Positions 38,982-48,300 of a stretch of 64,000 nt of DNA are shown one piece after another. The stretch is taken from contig OZ210885.1 in NCBI GenBank assembly GCA_964658305.1, forward strand, positions 8,494,001-8,558,000. The letters are read 5' to 3'. A model generated the notes under the pieces. That model was not told the origin of the DNA and searched no databases. It saw only the letters and a list, made by a program, of their open reading frames with translations. A program made the translations under genes and the position numbers. This DNA comes from Leptogorgia sarmentosa. Its lineage: Eukaryota. Numbering within the stretch: position 1 is the stretch's first letter; every line of letters begins with the position of its first letter.

Positions 38982-39050
38982 AAGTTATAATACCAATGAT
39001 TTAACGTGTAAAATATCCCAACAATAATAAGAAAAAAATATATACATGTT

Positions 39051-39761
39051 TTATACACTCGAGTCAGAATATATCGTAGTACTTGATCCTGAAGATGAAC
39101 TCGTGGTGAAGTTCATCGATATAATTTCGTCAGTATTCTGATGTCGATCTCGCCAACAGCAACACAAAAAACGCTTTAGTCTTATAATAGTATATAATAG
39201 TACCAGAGTGAAGACGAATGTTGATAGGGATATCGCTATTTCTCGGGATCTGTTGTGTGTTTGGGATTTGATATTATTTGGGTGGTGAGTAGTGGTGTAG
39301 AATAACTGATCAGATGAAGGTTTCTTGTGGTATGGAGTTGAGGGTGAAGTTTTGTAGCTACGATGAGTGGGCATTGTCGAAGAATCTGCGCGTGTTGATA
39401 ATTGTGGTGTATGAACGGATGTTGGCGTCGAATAGCAGTCACTTTTGATTTCAACCTTCTTCGATGTTTTTATTTTACCGCATACTTGTGGATTCTGACG
39501 CAGGTCGATCACATTGAGGTTCTTGTATGCCGAGATGGTTTCATCGTCGACCCACGTTATGTTGTTCCCTCTAAGATCCAAGGTTACGACCACCTCGTGT
39601 TCATCGATTAACGGAACCTTTTCGAGAGAACACCCCACACAATCCAATAGTCGGATACTTTTAATATATTTACAGCAACTGTGACTGCCAGAAACTTTGT
39701 TTAAAAATAAAATAAAAAGTAAAATGCTGAGAAATTCTATTGAATGCATCTTTCTGTTCAC
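39051..39761 (-). CDS. LRR-containing type I membrane protein (Polinton accessory gene)
   Basis: Signal peptide FLSILLFILFL; Cys cap; LRRs TLDLRGNNITWV and VIDLRQNP; S/T/P-rich stalk; TM IAISLSTFVFTLVLLYTII; CCC; Ser-rich tail. Confidence 0.75.
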   Translation of the reverse strand: MNRKMHSIEFLSILLFILFLNKVSGSHSCCKYIKSIRLLDCVGCSLEKVPLIDEHEVVVTLDLRGNNITWVDDETISAYKNLNVIDLRQNPQVCGKIKTSKKVEIKSDCYSTPTSVHTPQLSTRADSSTMPTHRSYKTSPSTPYHKKPSSDQLFYTTTHHPNNIKSQTHNRSREIAISLSTFVFTLVLLYTIIRLKRFLCCCWRDRHQNTDEIISMNFTTSSSSGSSTTIYSDSSV

Positions 39762-39898
39762 GACGCGAGAAACACCTTATAGCACAAAGTGTCAAATATC
39801 AAAAGCACGCGTACTCTCATACCGCCGGGGGATTTCAGATCAAACTTATAAGATCCATGACTCAACGTGTTGTATTCATTTGTCACTTACTCACCGCC

Positions 39899-40654
39899 AT
39901 GGCTAGTCAGTTTTATCTTACTTTACCATCAAACAGTTCAATGGAATATTTTCCAGGCAATACTCTGACAAATTTTAAAACTAAACTTGCACAACCCATT
40001 GAACTAACAGGGGATTGGGAGGTGGCTCTTTCTGAATTCCAGTACCCTCGTAGCTGGTATAATTTACGCGATTTTGATAATCATATCTACTACGATAGCG
40101 GTGGAGATGATATCTATTCGACAAGTGTTATCCCCCATGGGTACTATCCAACCATCAAAGAGTTTGTTGTGGCTGTAAATAAAACGTTAAAGACAGACGC
40201 GCATGGAGATATTTGGCTAACATACAATAAAATAACCCGCAAAATCACGGTACATGTAAAAAATAAGGCAAAGTTGGCTTTAGCTGGCCGCTTTGCGAAT
40301 ATGATTGGATTTGAGAAGAAAGAGGTAGTTATAACGAAGAAAACAGAAGCTCCATTACCCGTCGATTTAGAAGCTGGATTTCACGCCATGTATTTGTACA
40401 CAGATATCGTTGAACCACAGTTAGTAGGGGATACTAAAGTTTCCTTGTTGAAAGTTATCAAATGTACGGGGGAGTTTGCCGAAAATATAAATGTTAGTTT
40501 TCCAAATCTTCAATACGTTCCAGTGAATGTAAAGTCATTTGAGACCGTTGAAATAGATATAAAGGATGACACACAGGAAAAAGTGCCATTTGAGTTTGGG
40601 AAGGTGATCGTGACACTTCATTTCAGACAGAGAAGATCTCCTCTATTTATATAA
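39899..40654 (+). CDS. Polinton minor capsid protein (penton)
   Basis: FYLTLPSNSS...NTLTNFKTKL..PIEL.G.WEVAL, YLYTDIVEPQLVGD...LL, VTLHFR; ATG in good context at 39899. Confidence 0.88.
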   Translation: MASQFYLTLPSNSSMEYFPGNTLTNFKTKLAQPIELTGDWEVALSEFQYPRSWYNLRDFDNHIYYDSGGDDIYSTSVIPHGYYPTIKEFVVAVNKTLKTDAHGDIWLTYNKITRKITVHVKNKAKLALAGRFANMIGFEKKEVVITKKTEAPLPVDLEAGFHAMYLYTDIVEPQLVGDTKVSLLKVIKCTGEFAENINVSFPNLQYVPVNVKSFETVEIDIKDDTQEKVPFEFGKVIVTLHFRQRRSPLFI

Positions 40655-40656
40655 CC

Positions 40657-41151
40657 ATGAGACATACATTTATACCTGACGCGAACGATTGCAAAATGTT
40701 TTACTTGAAAAATCAGAATGGTGGGACCCTTTCCGGTTTCCATGGGGCTAGAATACAGCGGGGGTATGGACTTGGTAGTTTTTTCAAGAGTATTGCTCGT
40801 GTTGCCATACCTTTGGTGAAGAAGGGTGTAAACGCAATTGGTAAAAAGGCAATAGAAACCGCTGTAAATGTTGGTCAAGACGTACTAGCAGGGAAACGTT
40901 TAAAACAAGCAGTGACAAGCAGAGGGCGACAAGCTGTGAGCGATTTAGCTAAACAGGGCGTGAATAATGTCAAAAACCAACTTGGGGGCGGTTCTAAGAG
41001 GAAGCGAGCAAATCGGTCAGGTCCTTTAAGAACTGGTTCTCAAAGGAAAGTTGTCATTTCTACTCAAGCTAGTAAACGGAGAACATCACCACTTGATACA
41101 CAAGAGAATATTTTTGCTAGTCCACCTACTAAGAAATGGCGCAAGCGATAA
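40657..41151 (+). CDS. Polinton basic core / putative membrane-active virion protein
   Basis: QRGYGLGSFFKSIARVAIPLVKKG amphipathic helix; Q-x-G-x-G putative protease sites; K/R-rich; lies between the capsid genes. Confidence 0.7.
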   Translation: MRHTFIPDANDCKMFYLKNQNGGTLSGFHGARIQRGYGLGSFFKSIARVAIPLVKKGVNAIGKKAIETAVNVGQDVLAGKRLKQAVTSRGRQAVSDLAKQGVNNVKNQLGGGSKRKRANRSGPLRTGSQRKVVISTQASKRRTSPLDTQENIFASPPTKKWRKR

Positions 41152-42482
41152 ATACCCTACATAAAGATTCATGCGGCTGCGGAAAATCAGAACTCGAATT
41201 ATTTACAGTACCACCTACACAGATTGAAATGAACAAAGGTTTTTGGGAAAGTGTTGATCCTGTTTCAAGCGTTCAAACCTCTGACACTATTGAATTTCTT
41301 TGTGCTGCTAACCCCGACGTCTACACAGACCTGGCGAATAGCTACCTTCACGTGAAAGCGAAAATAACAAGGGCGAATGGTGCTAACCTAGAGGTTGACG
41401 AACAAGTAGGGCCCGTGAACCTGTGGTTGCACGCAATGTTTTCTCAAGTTGAAGTTTTCTTGAACAATAAACTTGTTACACCATCAAGCACGGCGTATCC
41501 CTACAGAGCGTACTTAGAAACCGTATTAAATTTCAGTAAAGACGCCAAATCATCTCAGCTAACGTCCGCGTTGTTTTACAAGGACAAAGCCGGGAAAATG
41601 GACTCTGTGAATCCTATGGCAGATGACGATAATGTGAATACCGGACTAAAAGATCGCTATAACCATTCGAAGGAAAGCAAAATGGTTTCCATGGAGGGAA
41701 GAATTCACTCTGACCTTTTTGCCCAAGAACGTTACATTTTAGGTGGGGTTCCTATTAAGCTCAAACTTGTGCGATCAAGTGCTGCGTTTTCGCTGGTGTC
41801 TTCAGTTGATCCACCTGCCTACAAAGTCGTGATAGAAGATTGTGTCTTCCGTGTGCGCAGAGTCAATGTTTCTTCTACCGTCATGATTGGTCATACAGAA
41901 GTCCTGAAACATACCACGGCAAAGTATCCCATCAACAGAGTCGAATGCAAAGTGTTTTCCGCTCCGAGAGGAAACTATTCTGGAAATCAACCCAATATCT
42001 TTCAGGGACAATTGCCTGATAGAATTGTCATCGGCATGGTTGATTCCACGGCTTTCAATGGTTCCTTCAGGAAAAATCCGTTTAATTTTAAAAACTACGA
42101 TATGACCTATCTTGGACTAACCGTAAATGGGGAGCATTTGCCTAGCAAACCACTTCAGATGAAATTTGGTGTCGAACAAGGGGCCAACTACGTATCGGCG
42201 TTTCAAACATTGTATGCTGGTGCGAATAAGCTGTTTCAGAACGAAGGTAATGGCATCTCGCGCGACGAGTACCCTAATGGTTACACATTGTTCGTGTTTG
42301 ATCTGACAGCCGATCTTTGTTCAAGAGATCATCTACAACCTATTAAAAACGGCAACGTCTCACTGGAAGTTCAGTTTGGTACAGCTCTTAACTGGGCTAT
42401 AAATATCGTGGTGCTCGGAGAGTTTCAAAACCTTATTGAAATCGACGCTAACCGCAACGTGCTGTGTGATTTTAACAGTTAG
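41136..42482 (+). CDS. Polinton major capsid protein (double jelly-roll)
   Basis: 448 aa; KSELELFTVPPTQ, YPYRAYLET, P.RIVIGMV...AFNG...NPFNF, GYTLFVFDLT. Confidence 0.92.
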   Translation: MAQAINTLHKDSCGCGKSELELFTVPPTQIEMNKGFWESVDPVSSVQTSDTIEFLCAANPDVYTDLANSYLHVKAKITRANGANLEVDEQVGPVNLWLHAMFSQVEVFLNNKLVTPSSTAYPYRAYLETVLNFSKDAKSSQLTSALFYKDKAGKMDSVNPMADDDNVNTGLKDRYNHSKESKMVSMEGRIHSDLFAQERYILGGVPIKLKLVRSSAAFSLVSSVDPPAYKVVIEDCVFRVRRVNVSSTVMIGHTEVLKHTTAKYPINRVECKVFSAPRGNYSGNQPNIFQGQLPDRIVIGMVDSTAFNGSFRKNPFNFKNYDMTYLGLTVNGEHLPSKPLQMKFGVEQGANYVSAFQTLYAGANKLFQNEGNGISRDEYPNGYTLFVFDLTADLCSRDHLQPIKNGNVSLEVQFGTALNWAINIVVLGEFQNLIEIDANRNVLCDFNS

Positions 42483-42483
42483 A

Positions 42484-42948
42484 ATGAACACTCTACAGAT
42501 TCTAAACGTGCTTCAAAGTGATTCGTTTACCAAGTCAGTGTTTACGAGTGTGGTCCCTTCGGATCGTCTACCGGATACTATATCAGAAAAGCCCAGGGGA
42601 TTTGTTGTGAATGTCGATACTAGTGATGGTCCTGGCTCGCACTGGGTAGCTATTTACCTGACAGCTGATGGAAAAGGGGAATTTATGGATTCTTACGGAC
42701 AAAAACCTAGCTACTACAGCGAGAACTTTAAAACATTTTTAGAAGATAATAGCAGTACTTTTATTTATAATAAGTTAACTTTACAGTCAGCATGGTCTAA
42801 TGTGTGTGGGCAGTATTGCCTGTTTTATGCACTCCATAGATGTAGAAATATACCAATGTCAACTATTACTAATATGTTTACGAATGATAAGGAATGGAAC
42901 GATATGCTTGTAAGGGATTTTATATGTAAATGGTTTTTTGTGCAATAA
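42484..42948 (+). CDS. Polinton cysteine maturation protease (adenain/Ulp1-like)
   Basis: GSHWVAIY, DSYG, LQ...CGQYC catalytic motifs; ATG at 42484. Confidence 0.93.
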   Translation: MNTLQILNVLQSDSFTKSVFTSVVPSDRLPDTISEKPRGFVVNVDTSDGPGSHWVAIYLTADGKGEFMDSYGQKPSYYSENFKTFLEDNSSTFIYNKLTLQSAWSNVCGQYCLFYALHRCRNIPMSTITNMFTNDKEWNDMLVRDFICKWFFVQ

Positions 42949-43013
42949 ATGTATTCAACAAACGATTTTTGGTTCTATGTTTTTTATTTATTTCAAACAA
43001 TCATACATTTTTT

Positions 43014-43745
43014 CTATCTAAACCATTTGTATGGTCGACTATTCAATTGAACTCGTTGCTTCTTTGCCGCAGCTCTAGTTCGTGACAAAGGTGGTTTAGA
43101 TGGGGGTTCTTCTTCGAGTTCATGCATTGCCCCAGTTTTAAAATCTCTGATTGTCTTTAAACGATTCTCGTTCCTAACAATTCCCTCAGGAACATTGACA
43201 TCGCTCAGTACTTTTGCAAAGAGTCTCCAGCCGTGAGGATTGAAATTCTTTCTGTGACGTAGCGCATCGTTCACAAGATCTATCACGTTACTCCCCACCA
43301 CAGGTTTTCCCTCGTAGATTATCTGGCCTTTGTCGTCCCATGTAATCAAATCTTTATTTTCTTTCAATTTTTTAACCAGTTGTCGGGCTCGAGATTTCAT
43401 CGTAGGAGGAACACTTTCCATAATATCAGCTTCAACATTGTTAGGTAAATCTACGCTGTCTTCTGGTTGTGTTTCAGGCTTGTCGTCAGTTGGTTTAGGG
43501 GGTACGACGCTTACTCGAACTGGCTGACTCATTCTTTTATCATAATAGTTCAAGTAGCGTTGGAGTATTTGGTTGTACAGTGTAGCTTTCTCATCATCAG
43601 TAACGTCTTGTCTTCTAAGTAAACTATTCATTTCCCCATCTAAATTATTCACTTGCGAGGTCAAAGGCGGAACTAGTGGTTTTCTTTCTGTTGTATTCTC
43701 TGCCAAATGTTCTGGCACAAGGACTAAGCGTTTAACGTGTTCCAT
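43014..43745 (-). CDS. Polinton conserved protein of unknown function
   Basis: 243-aa intact ORF with W...G.I...G..V.GSNVIDLV motif; ATG overlaps upstream stop (TAATG). Confidence 0.7.
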   Translation of the reverse strand: MEHVKRLVLVPEHLAENTTERKPLVPPLTSQVNNLDGEMNSLLRRQDVTDDEKATLYNQILQRYLNYYDKRMSQPVRVSVVPPKPTDDKPETQPEDSVDLPNNVEADIMESVPPTMKSRARQLVKKLKENKDLITWDDKGQIIYEGKPVVGSNVIDLVNDALRHRKNFNPHGWRLFAKVLSDVNVPEGIVRNENRLKTIRDFKTGAMHELEEEPPSKPPLSRTRAAAKKQRVQLNSRPYKWFR

Positions 43746-44074
43746 TACTTAATCAAAAGACTGGCTAATTGTTCAACTATCGGTGTAAGGATCAGAGGTA
43801 GAAAACCTTCTCCCTTTTGTAAAAGCAATTTTCTTCGTTTATTCAAAGGATTTCGCTTGTCGGCAACAAAACGTAATTTCTCTTTGACTGGAACAAGTCG
43901 CTTCAAAACACGTGGACTAACTTTAATTGTTTTCAAATAAACATTCAAACAACACTCCGTCAACGCCTCCAGCAGATCGTTGTGCGCGACCTTAAGTATA
44001 GCCTTTCGTTGAGTGGGAGTGCACTTTCGTAAAACTCTTAAAAAGTCGGAGTTCCTTCTGATACGAGCTGACAT
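43745..44074 (-). CDS. Polinton small basic protein with QKGEGFL motif
   Basis: 109 aa, K/R-rich; C-terminal Q-x-G-x-G site followed by a hydrophobic helix. Confidence 0.7.
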   Translation of the reverse strand: MSARIRRNSDFLRVLRKCTPTQRKAILKVAHNDLLEALTECCLNVYLKTIKVSPRVLKRLVPVKEKLRFVADKRNPLNKRRKLLLQKGEGFLPLILTPIVEQLASLLIK

Positions 44075-44110
44075 GACTAAATGAAGTTCAGTGCATTGAG
44101 GTGACTGTTT

Positions 44111-44782
44111 TTACGTTCGTGGTACATAAACGTAATGTTTATCGGTCGGGAATATGCCTGAGCGCAAGCGTGTTTCATCCGGACACGTGGGTGTTAAGTC
44201 GATAAATAAATATGAAAACGGTTCTGCTGTAGCCATTTGATACGCTTGCTGAAAAAACTTCACATTTTGGGGGTAAATCTGCTTAGCTAAATGAATAACT
44301 TGGCTCGCATCTCTCACATTCTTTGTTAGCACAATGTAACTCGCGTTTAATGAAATTGTACGATGATCTTTACTCTGATGAAATAAGTTTTGGACAATGT
44401 AAATCACGCTGAGATTACCATGATGAGATTTTTTAGTAAACAATTTTGCTATTACTGCATCCCTCTCACCCATCATATCATCAAATATATAAAGATTTCG
44501 CGTTTTTGGGTTGATACTATCAAATATTGCATCTGGTACACCTTCAATAAACTCCATCTGCGGGACTAATGATTTTATCTCGGCAAATGTATCTTGATAC
44601 TCAGAATAAAAATATTTTATGTTCTCTGGTGGTGGATCAATCATCACTTGAAAGTGACTTAGCAATTTCTTAACAAATGTTGTTTTGCCGGTTTTTGTGC
44701 CTCCTGAGACAAGGAGACCAAAAGGATGTGTTAATTGTAACGAATACATCGGTAAACTGAGTGAACTGAGTTCACATCGCAT
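44111..44782 (-). CDS. Polinton A32/FtsK-like packaging ATPase
   Basis: Walker A GGTKTGKT, Walker B YIFDDM, SHHGNLSVIYIVQNLF, RTISLNASY. Confidence 0.93.
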   Translation of the reverse strand: MRCELSSLSLPMYSLQLTHPFGLLVSGGTKTGKTTFVKKLLSHFQVMIDPPPENIKYFYSEYQDTFAEIKSLVPQMEFIEGVPDAIFDSINPKTRNLYIFDDMMGERDAVIAKLFTKKSHHGNLSVIYIVQNLFHQSKDHRTISLNASYIVLTKNVRDASQVIHLAKQIYPQNVKFFQQAYQMATAEPFSYLFIDLTPTCPDETRLRSGIFPTDKHYVYVPRT

Positions 44783-44976
44783 TATTTATACTTTTTCATA
44801 CCACCTCGTAATATCATTAGCTCTTTCAGGATGCGATCTAAAGGTAGTATTTTCGCTTGATTCAAATACAGTTTTCTATCTTTAATTGATAGATGATGAT
44901 AATCAGCTAAGTGGTTGGAAAGTTTTAGCAAACCCTGTTTCCCACATAGCGGACAGTCTTTACGCAAACGTGGCAT
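44782..44976 (-). CDS. Small C2H2-type zinc-finger protein
   Basis: MPRLRKDCPLCG...LSNHLADYH; stop overlaps ATPase ATG (TAATG). Confidence 0.6.
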   Translation of the reverse strand: MPRLRKDCPLCGKQGLLKLSNHLADYHHLSIKDRKLYLNQAKILPLDRILKELMILRGGMKKYK

Positions 44977-45024
44977 GATGTAAACTAAACTTAACAAACC
45001 ACAACATGAAAACTAAATAGGAGA

Positions 45025-45230
45025 AAAGTCCCGTGGAGGGACAAATCGTGTCCCGCGAGTCCCGTAAGGCAATATTAGATTTTGTAAAAGTCCCGTGGAG
45101 GGACACAAAGTCCCGTGGAGGGACAAATCGTGTCCCGCGAGTCCCGTAAGGCAATATTAGATTTTGTAAAAGTCCCGTGGAGGGACACAAAGTCCCGTGG
45201 AGGGACAAATTAAGTCCCGCGAGTCCCGTT
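45025..45230. repeat. 82-bp-period tandem repeat with GTCCC-GTGGA-GGGAC hairpins
   Basis: GTCCCGTGGAGGGAC at 45028, 45090, 45110, 45172, 45192; GTCCCGCGAGTCCCGT at 45050, 45132, 45214. Confidence 0.9.
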
Positions 45231-45385
45231 TCAGCAAAACTAACCCATACACACCGTAGGGTCTCAAATTAATTTATATAATGCACATATAAGTTTTTCT
45301 CAAAATGGATTGTTATTTGAATAGTCATACACACATATTAGGTCTAGGAAGATATATTTATACAAACTATACTATTTACAAAATC

Positions 45386-48300
45386 CTAAATATCTAAAGG
45401 AACGGTTGTTACACCGTCCTCCAAAACTTTACGTTTTGGATAAAAATAACTAAAAGCGTTTTTAACTTGAACATATGTGCACATCTTATTATTTAAAACC
45501 CTAAATCCCCTATTTACACCCGACCCACTACGTTTACTCAAAATGACATCTAAATATTTATCCTTATTAATTACATTATTTCTCTTATTTACACCTTTAC
45601 AACTAAATTTATCTTTCCCATCCCCAAAACAGTAATATGTTTTGCTACAAAGACTAATACATCCATCCCCTTCCCACTCAACTTTAAATAAACCAGGCGT
45701 TCTCTTATCATATTTTGCATGCTCTACCGTGTCCGTTCGAGGAAACCAGTTACATTTATCGTTCTCAAACTCACACATATTTTCAGGTTTTATCAAATCT
45801 TCTAGACGTTCCCCGCTAATGGCAATATATGCACTGTCGGTATCCATTTCGCAATATTCGAAATCCGACCTATCTAAATATTTATCTAAAAAATCATAAT
45901 AAAATTGTAACATACGTAATTTGGCGTATTGGTAAACGAAGAATCCAACTTGAAGAGGCAAGTCCAGTTTAATTTTTTTCTTGCTGCTTTCCACCTCGTA
46001 CGTGTTGTCGTCGATAGCGTTCAATTCACGGAAAAATGGCGAGTTGATTAAGCTTGACACTTCGTCGTCGTCGCAAAATTTCACTTGACGATGTCGCTCT
46101 TTGTTCGTGATAGTTTTCCCATATGACGAATTCCCAACGAGTTTCATCGTATCTGCGATTATTGCTTTGGCAGGGTCAGCATCTCCAGCACGACGGGCAT
46201 TCGATACTGCGTCACCAAAGGGTTTGAAACATGGTTTAGGTGTATATTCTATCACCTGATAGACGCGTGTTACCTATAAAAAACAAAAATGACATTAGTA
46301 ATGAAACCTATGCTTATTAACCTATACGTAATACGTACCTCTAAACCATGTTGCAAATACCACTTTAAGAGAGGTGTGGCCAACAAAATTTTTTCACCGA
46401 CCATACTTCCAATGAGACTTCTGCGAGGTCGACGCATGATGTCGTTTTCTTCGGCGTAGGCTTTCATAAAGTCGCCTATATCGTCTCGAGATATCTCGGT
46501 GTTTTTGAATATAGGACACATTTCGGAAAATTGTTCACGTAAATGTTCTGGAACGTGGATGTCACACTCTACGCACCCAAATAACTTCTCATCTCTCACA
46601 GCATCGAGAATGGACTGTAGTGTCATTGTCTTCACCTTGTCTAATGGTCGTCGTAGTCGAGTAGCGATAAATCGTTGTAATTCTCTGTTCGTCTTTTTTC
46701 TCTCACGCCATTCACATTCCCAGCACTCGACAAGATTGAAACCTTGCTTGCGGATATACGAGCTGTTTCTCCGTGTCTCTTCGAGCAAGTCTTTCATGGG
46801 TTTGTCCCGCGTCGTGTTGGTGTCTTTGCCCTGGTTTAAGTGGCAATCATGGCCATGCCAATAACAACCTAATACGAAAAAAGAGAAAGTTAGCACATTT
46901 GACATGGTATCTTTAATCGATGTTTCCCATAAACGAACTTACCGTGAAATTGAAACACCGTTTGTGTTTCGGAACAGAATCCGTCCACTGGAAGGCGACG
47001 AGCTCCAATTCTCTTCTCTGTATTGTTATTTTGGTGTCTAATTTTAACACCACGTTGGTAAGCTTGCCATTCCAACCACTCTACAGCCATTTTACCACTC
47101 CATTGCTTCTTAAAGTTGTCGCCTTCCAGTCGACGAGTATACTGCCCCGTTGGCATATCTTGCATGATCGCCCAAAGGTATAAAGCATTCGCATCGTAAC
47201 CGACCACTTTCTTGCAGGGTTTGGGTTTTAAGTTCTTTCTTCTCATTTCTACGTTGCGTATATTTGTCTTGTCTTTTTCGTGGTATCTGTTGAATATAAT
47301 ACTAGGACCACCAACGTTATTATCTTTCATGGTATAGTACAAATCTTTGTCTTTTTCAGTAAATAGTGAGAAGTATATATCGGGAACATTGGAAAATAAA
47401 TATTTCATCGTCAAACCTGGCACGCTTACACCGTCCTTAAAAATATCGATATTTCGTTCTTTCCAAAACTGGCTCATTTTTTCAATAGCTTCGAGAAAGG
47501 GAACAACATCAAGATTATTATACCACACCAAAAAGTCTCGAAAAGTTCCCATACCATGATCGTTCCACACGCTTTGACAATAGCTGTACTGTTCGTTGGT
47601 GATGTCGGTGTTGGAAAGTGTTGAATGAAACGCCTCGTGAGGTGGTAAGGTGGGGAAATTTAACTTATCAAGGGAGTCGACCCATTCGTATGGAAAATAT
47701 CCTTTGGTCTGCGTGCACTCGTAGGCTTTGAGGAACTGTTCGTAGGAAAATCCAGGAGCCAAGTAGTTTGTAATGTCGAGAAACTTCAAGTGTGAGGTCT
47801 TCAGACACATGTGATTGTTGTTTCGCTTTATCACAAACTGGACTTCCTCATGTTTCACTAGGTGAGCAAAGAAGGGGTTTTTGGCAGCATTGATGTCGTA
47901 CTTGCCTGAGTTGAATCCGAGGACGGGCAGCTCCATGAGGTAGCGTTCCAACTTTTCCCGAAGTTTCTCGAGAGGGTGGGTCTTTTTATTTTCATCCTAA
48001 AAGATAAGAATGGATTAAATTGTATGTTGAAGCTGAAAATTTTGAAACCAGTGAAAATCATACATACCTCATTTGCCTCGTCCTCATTTGCTTGACTATT
48101 GTCATCTTCACTCTCCTGAAAAAAATAGAAAACAATAATAAGACTACGTATTGCAAAGAGCAAGTTGACCAACAAAATCGTATATACCTCGTTCAATGAC
48201 AGTATACACTGCACCATCTCTTCCATATCACCGCTTTCAGTACACACCTAAACACAATATAGTCATAAGTACAAGTCTCAAATTTAGTCATTCAAATGCA

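Noticed and set aside
45025..45230. Palindromic repeats resembling a CRISPR array
   Set aside because: The intervening sequences are themselves repeated, there are no unique spacers or cas genes, and the context is eukaryotic.
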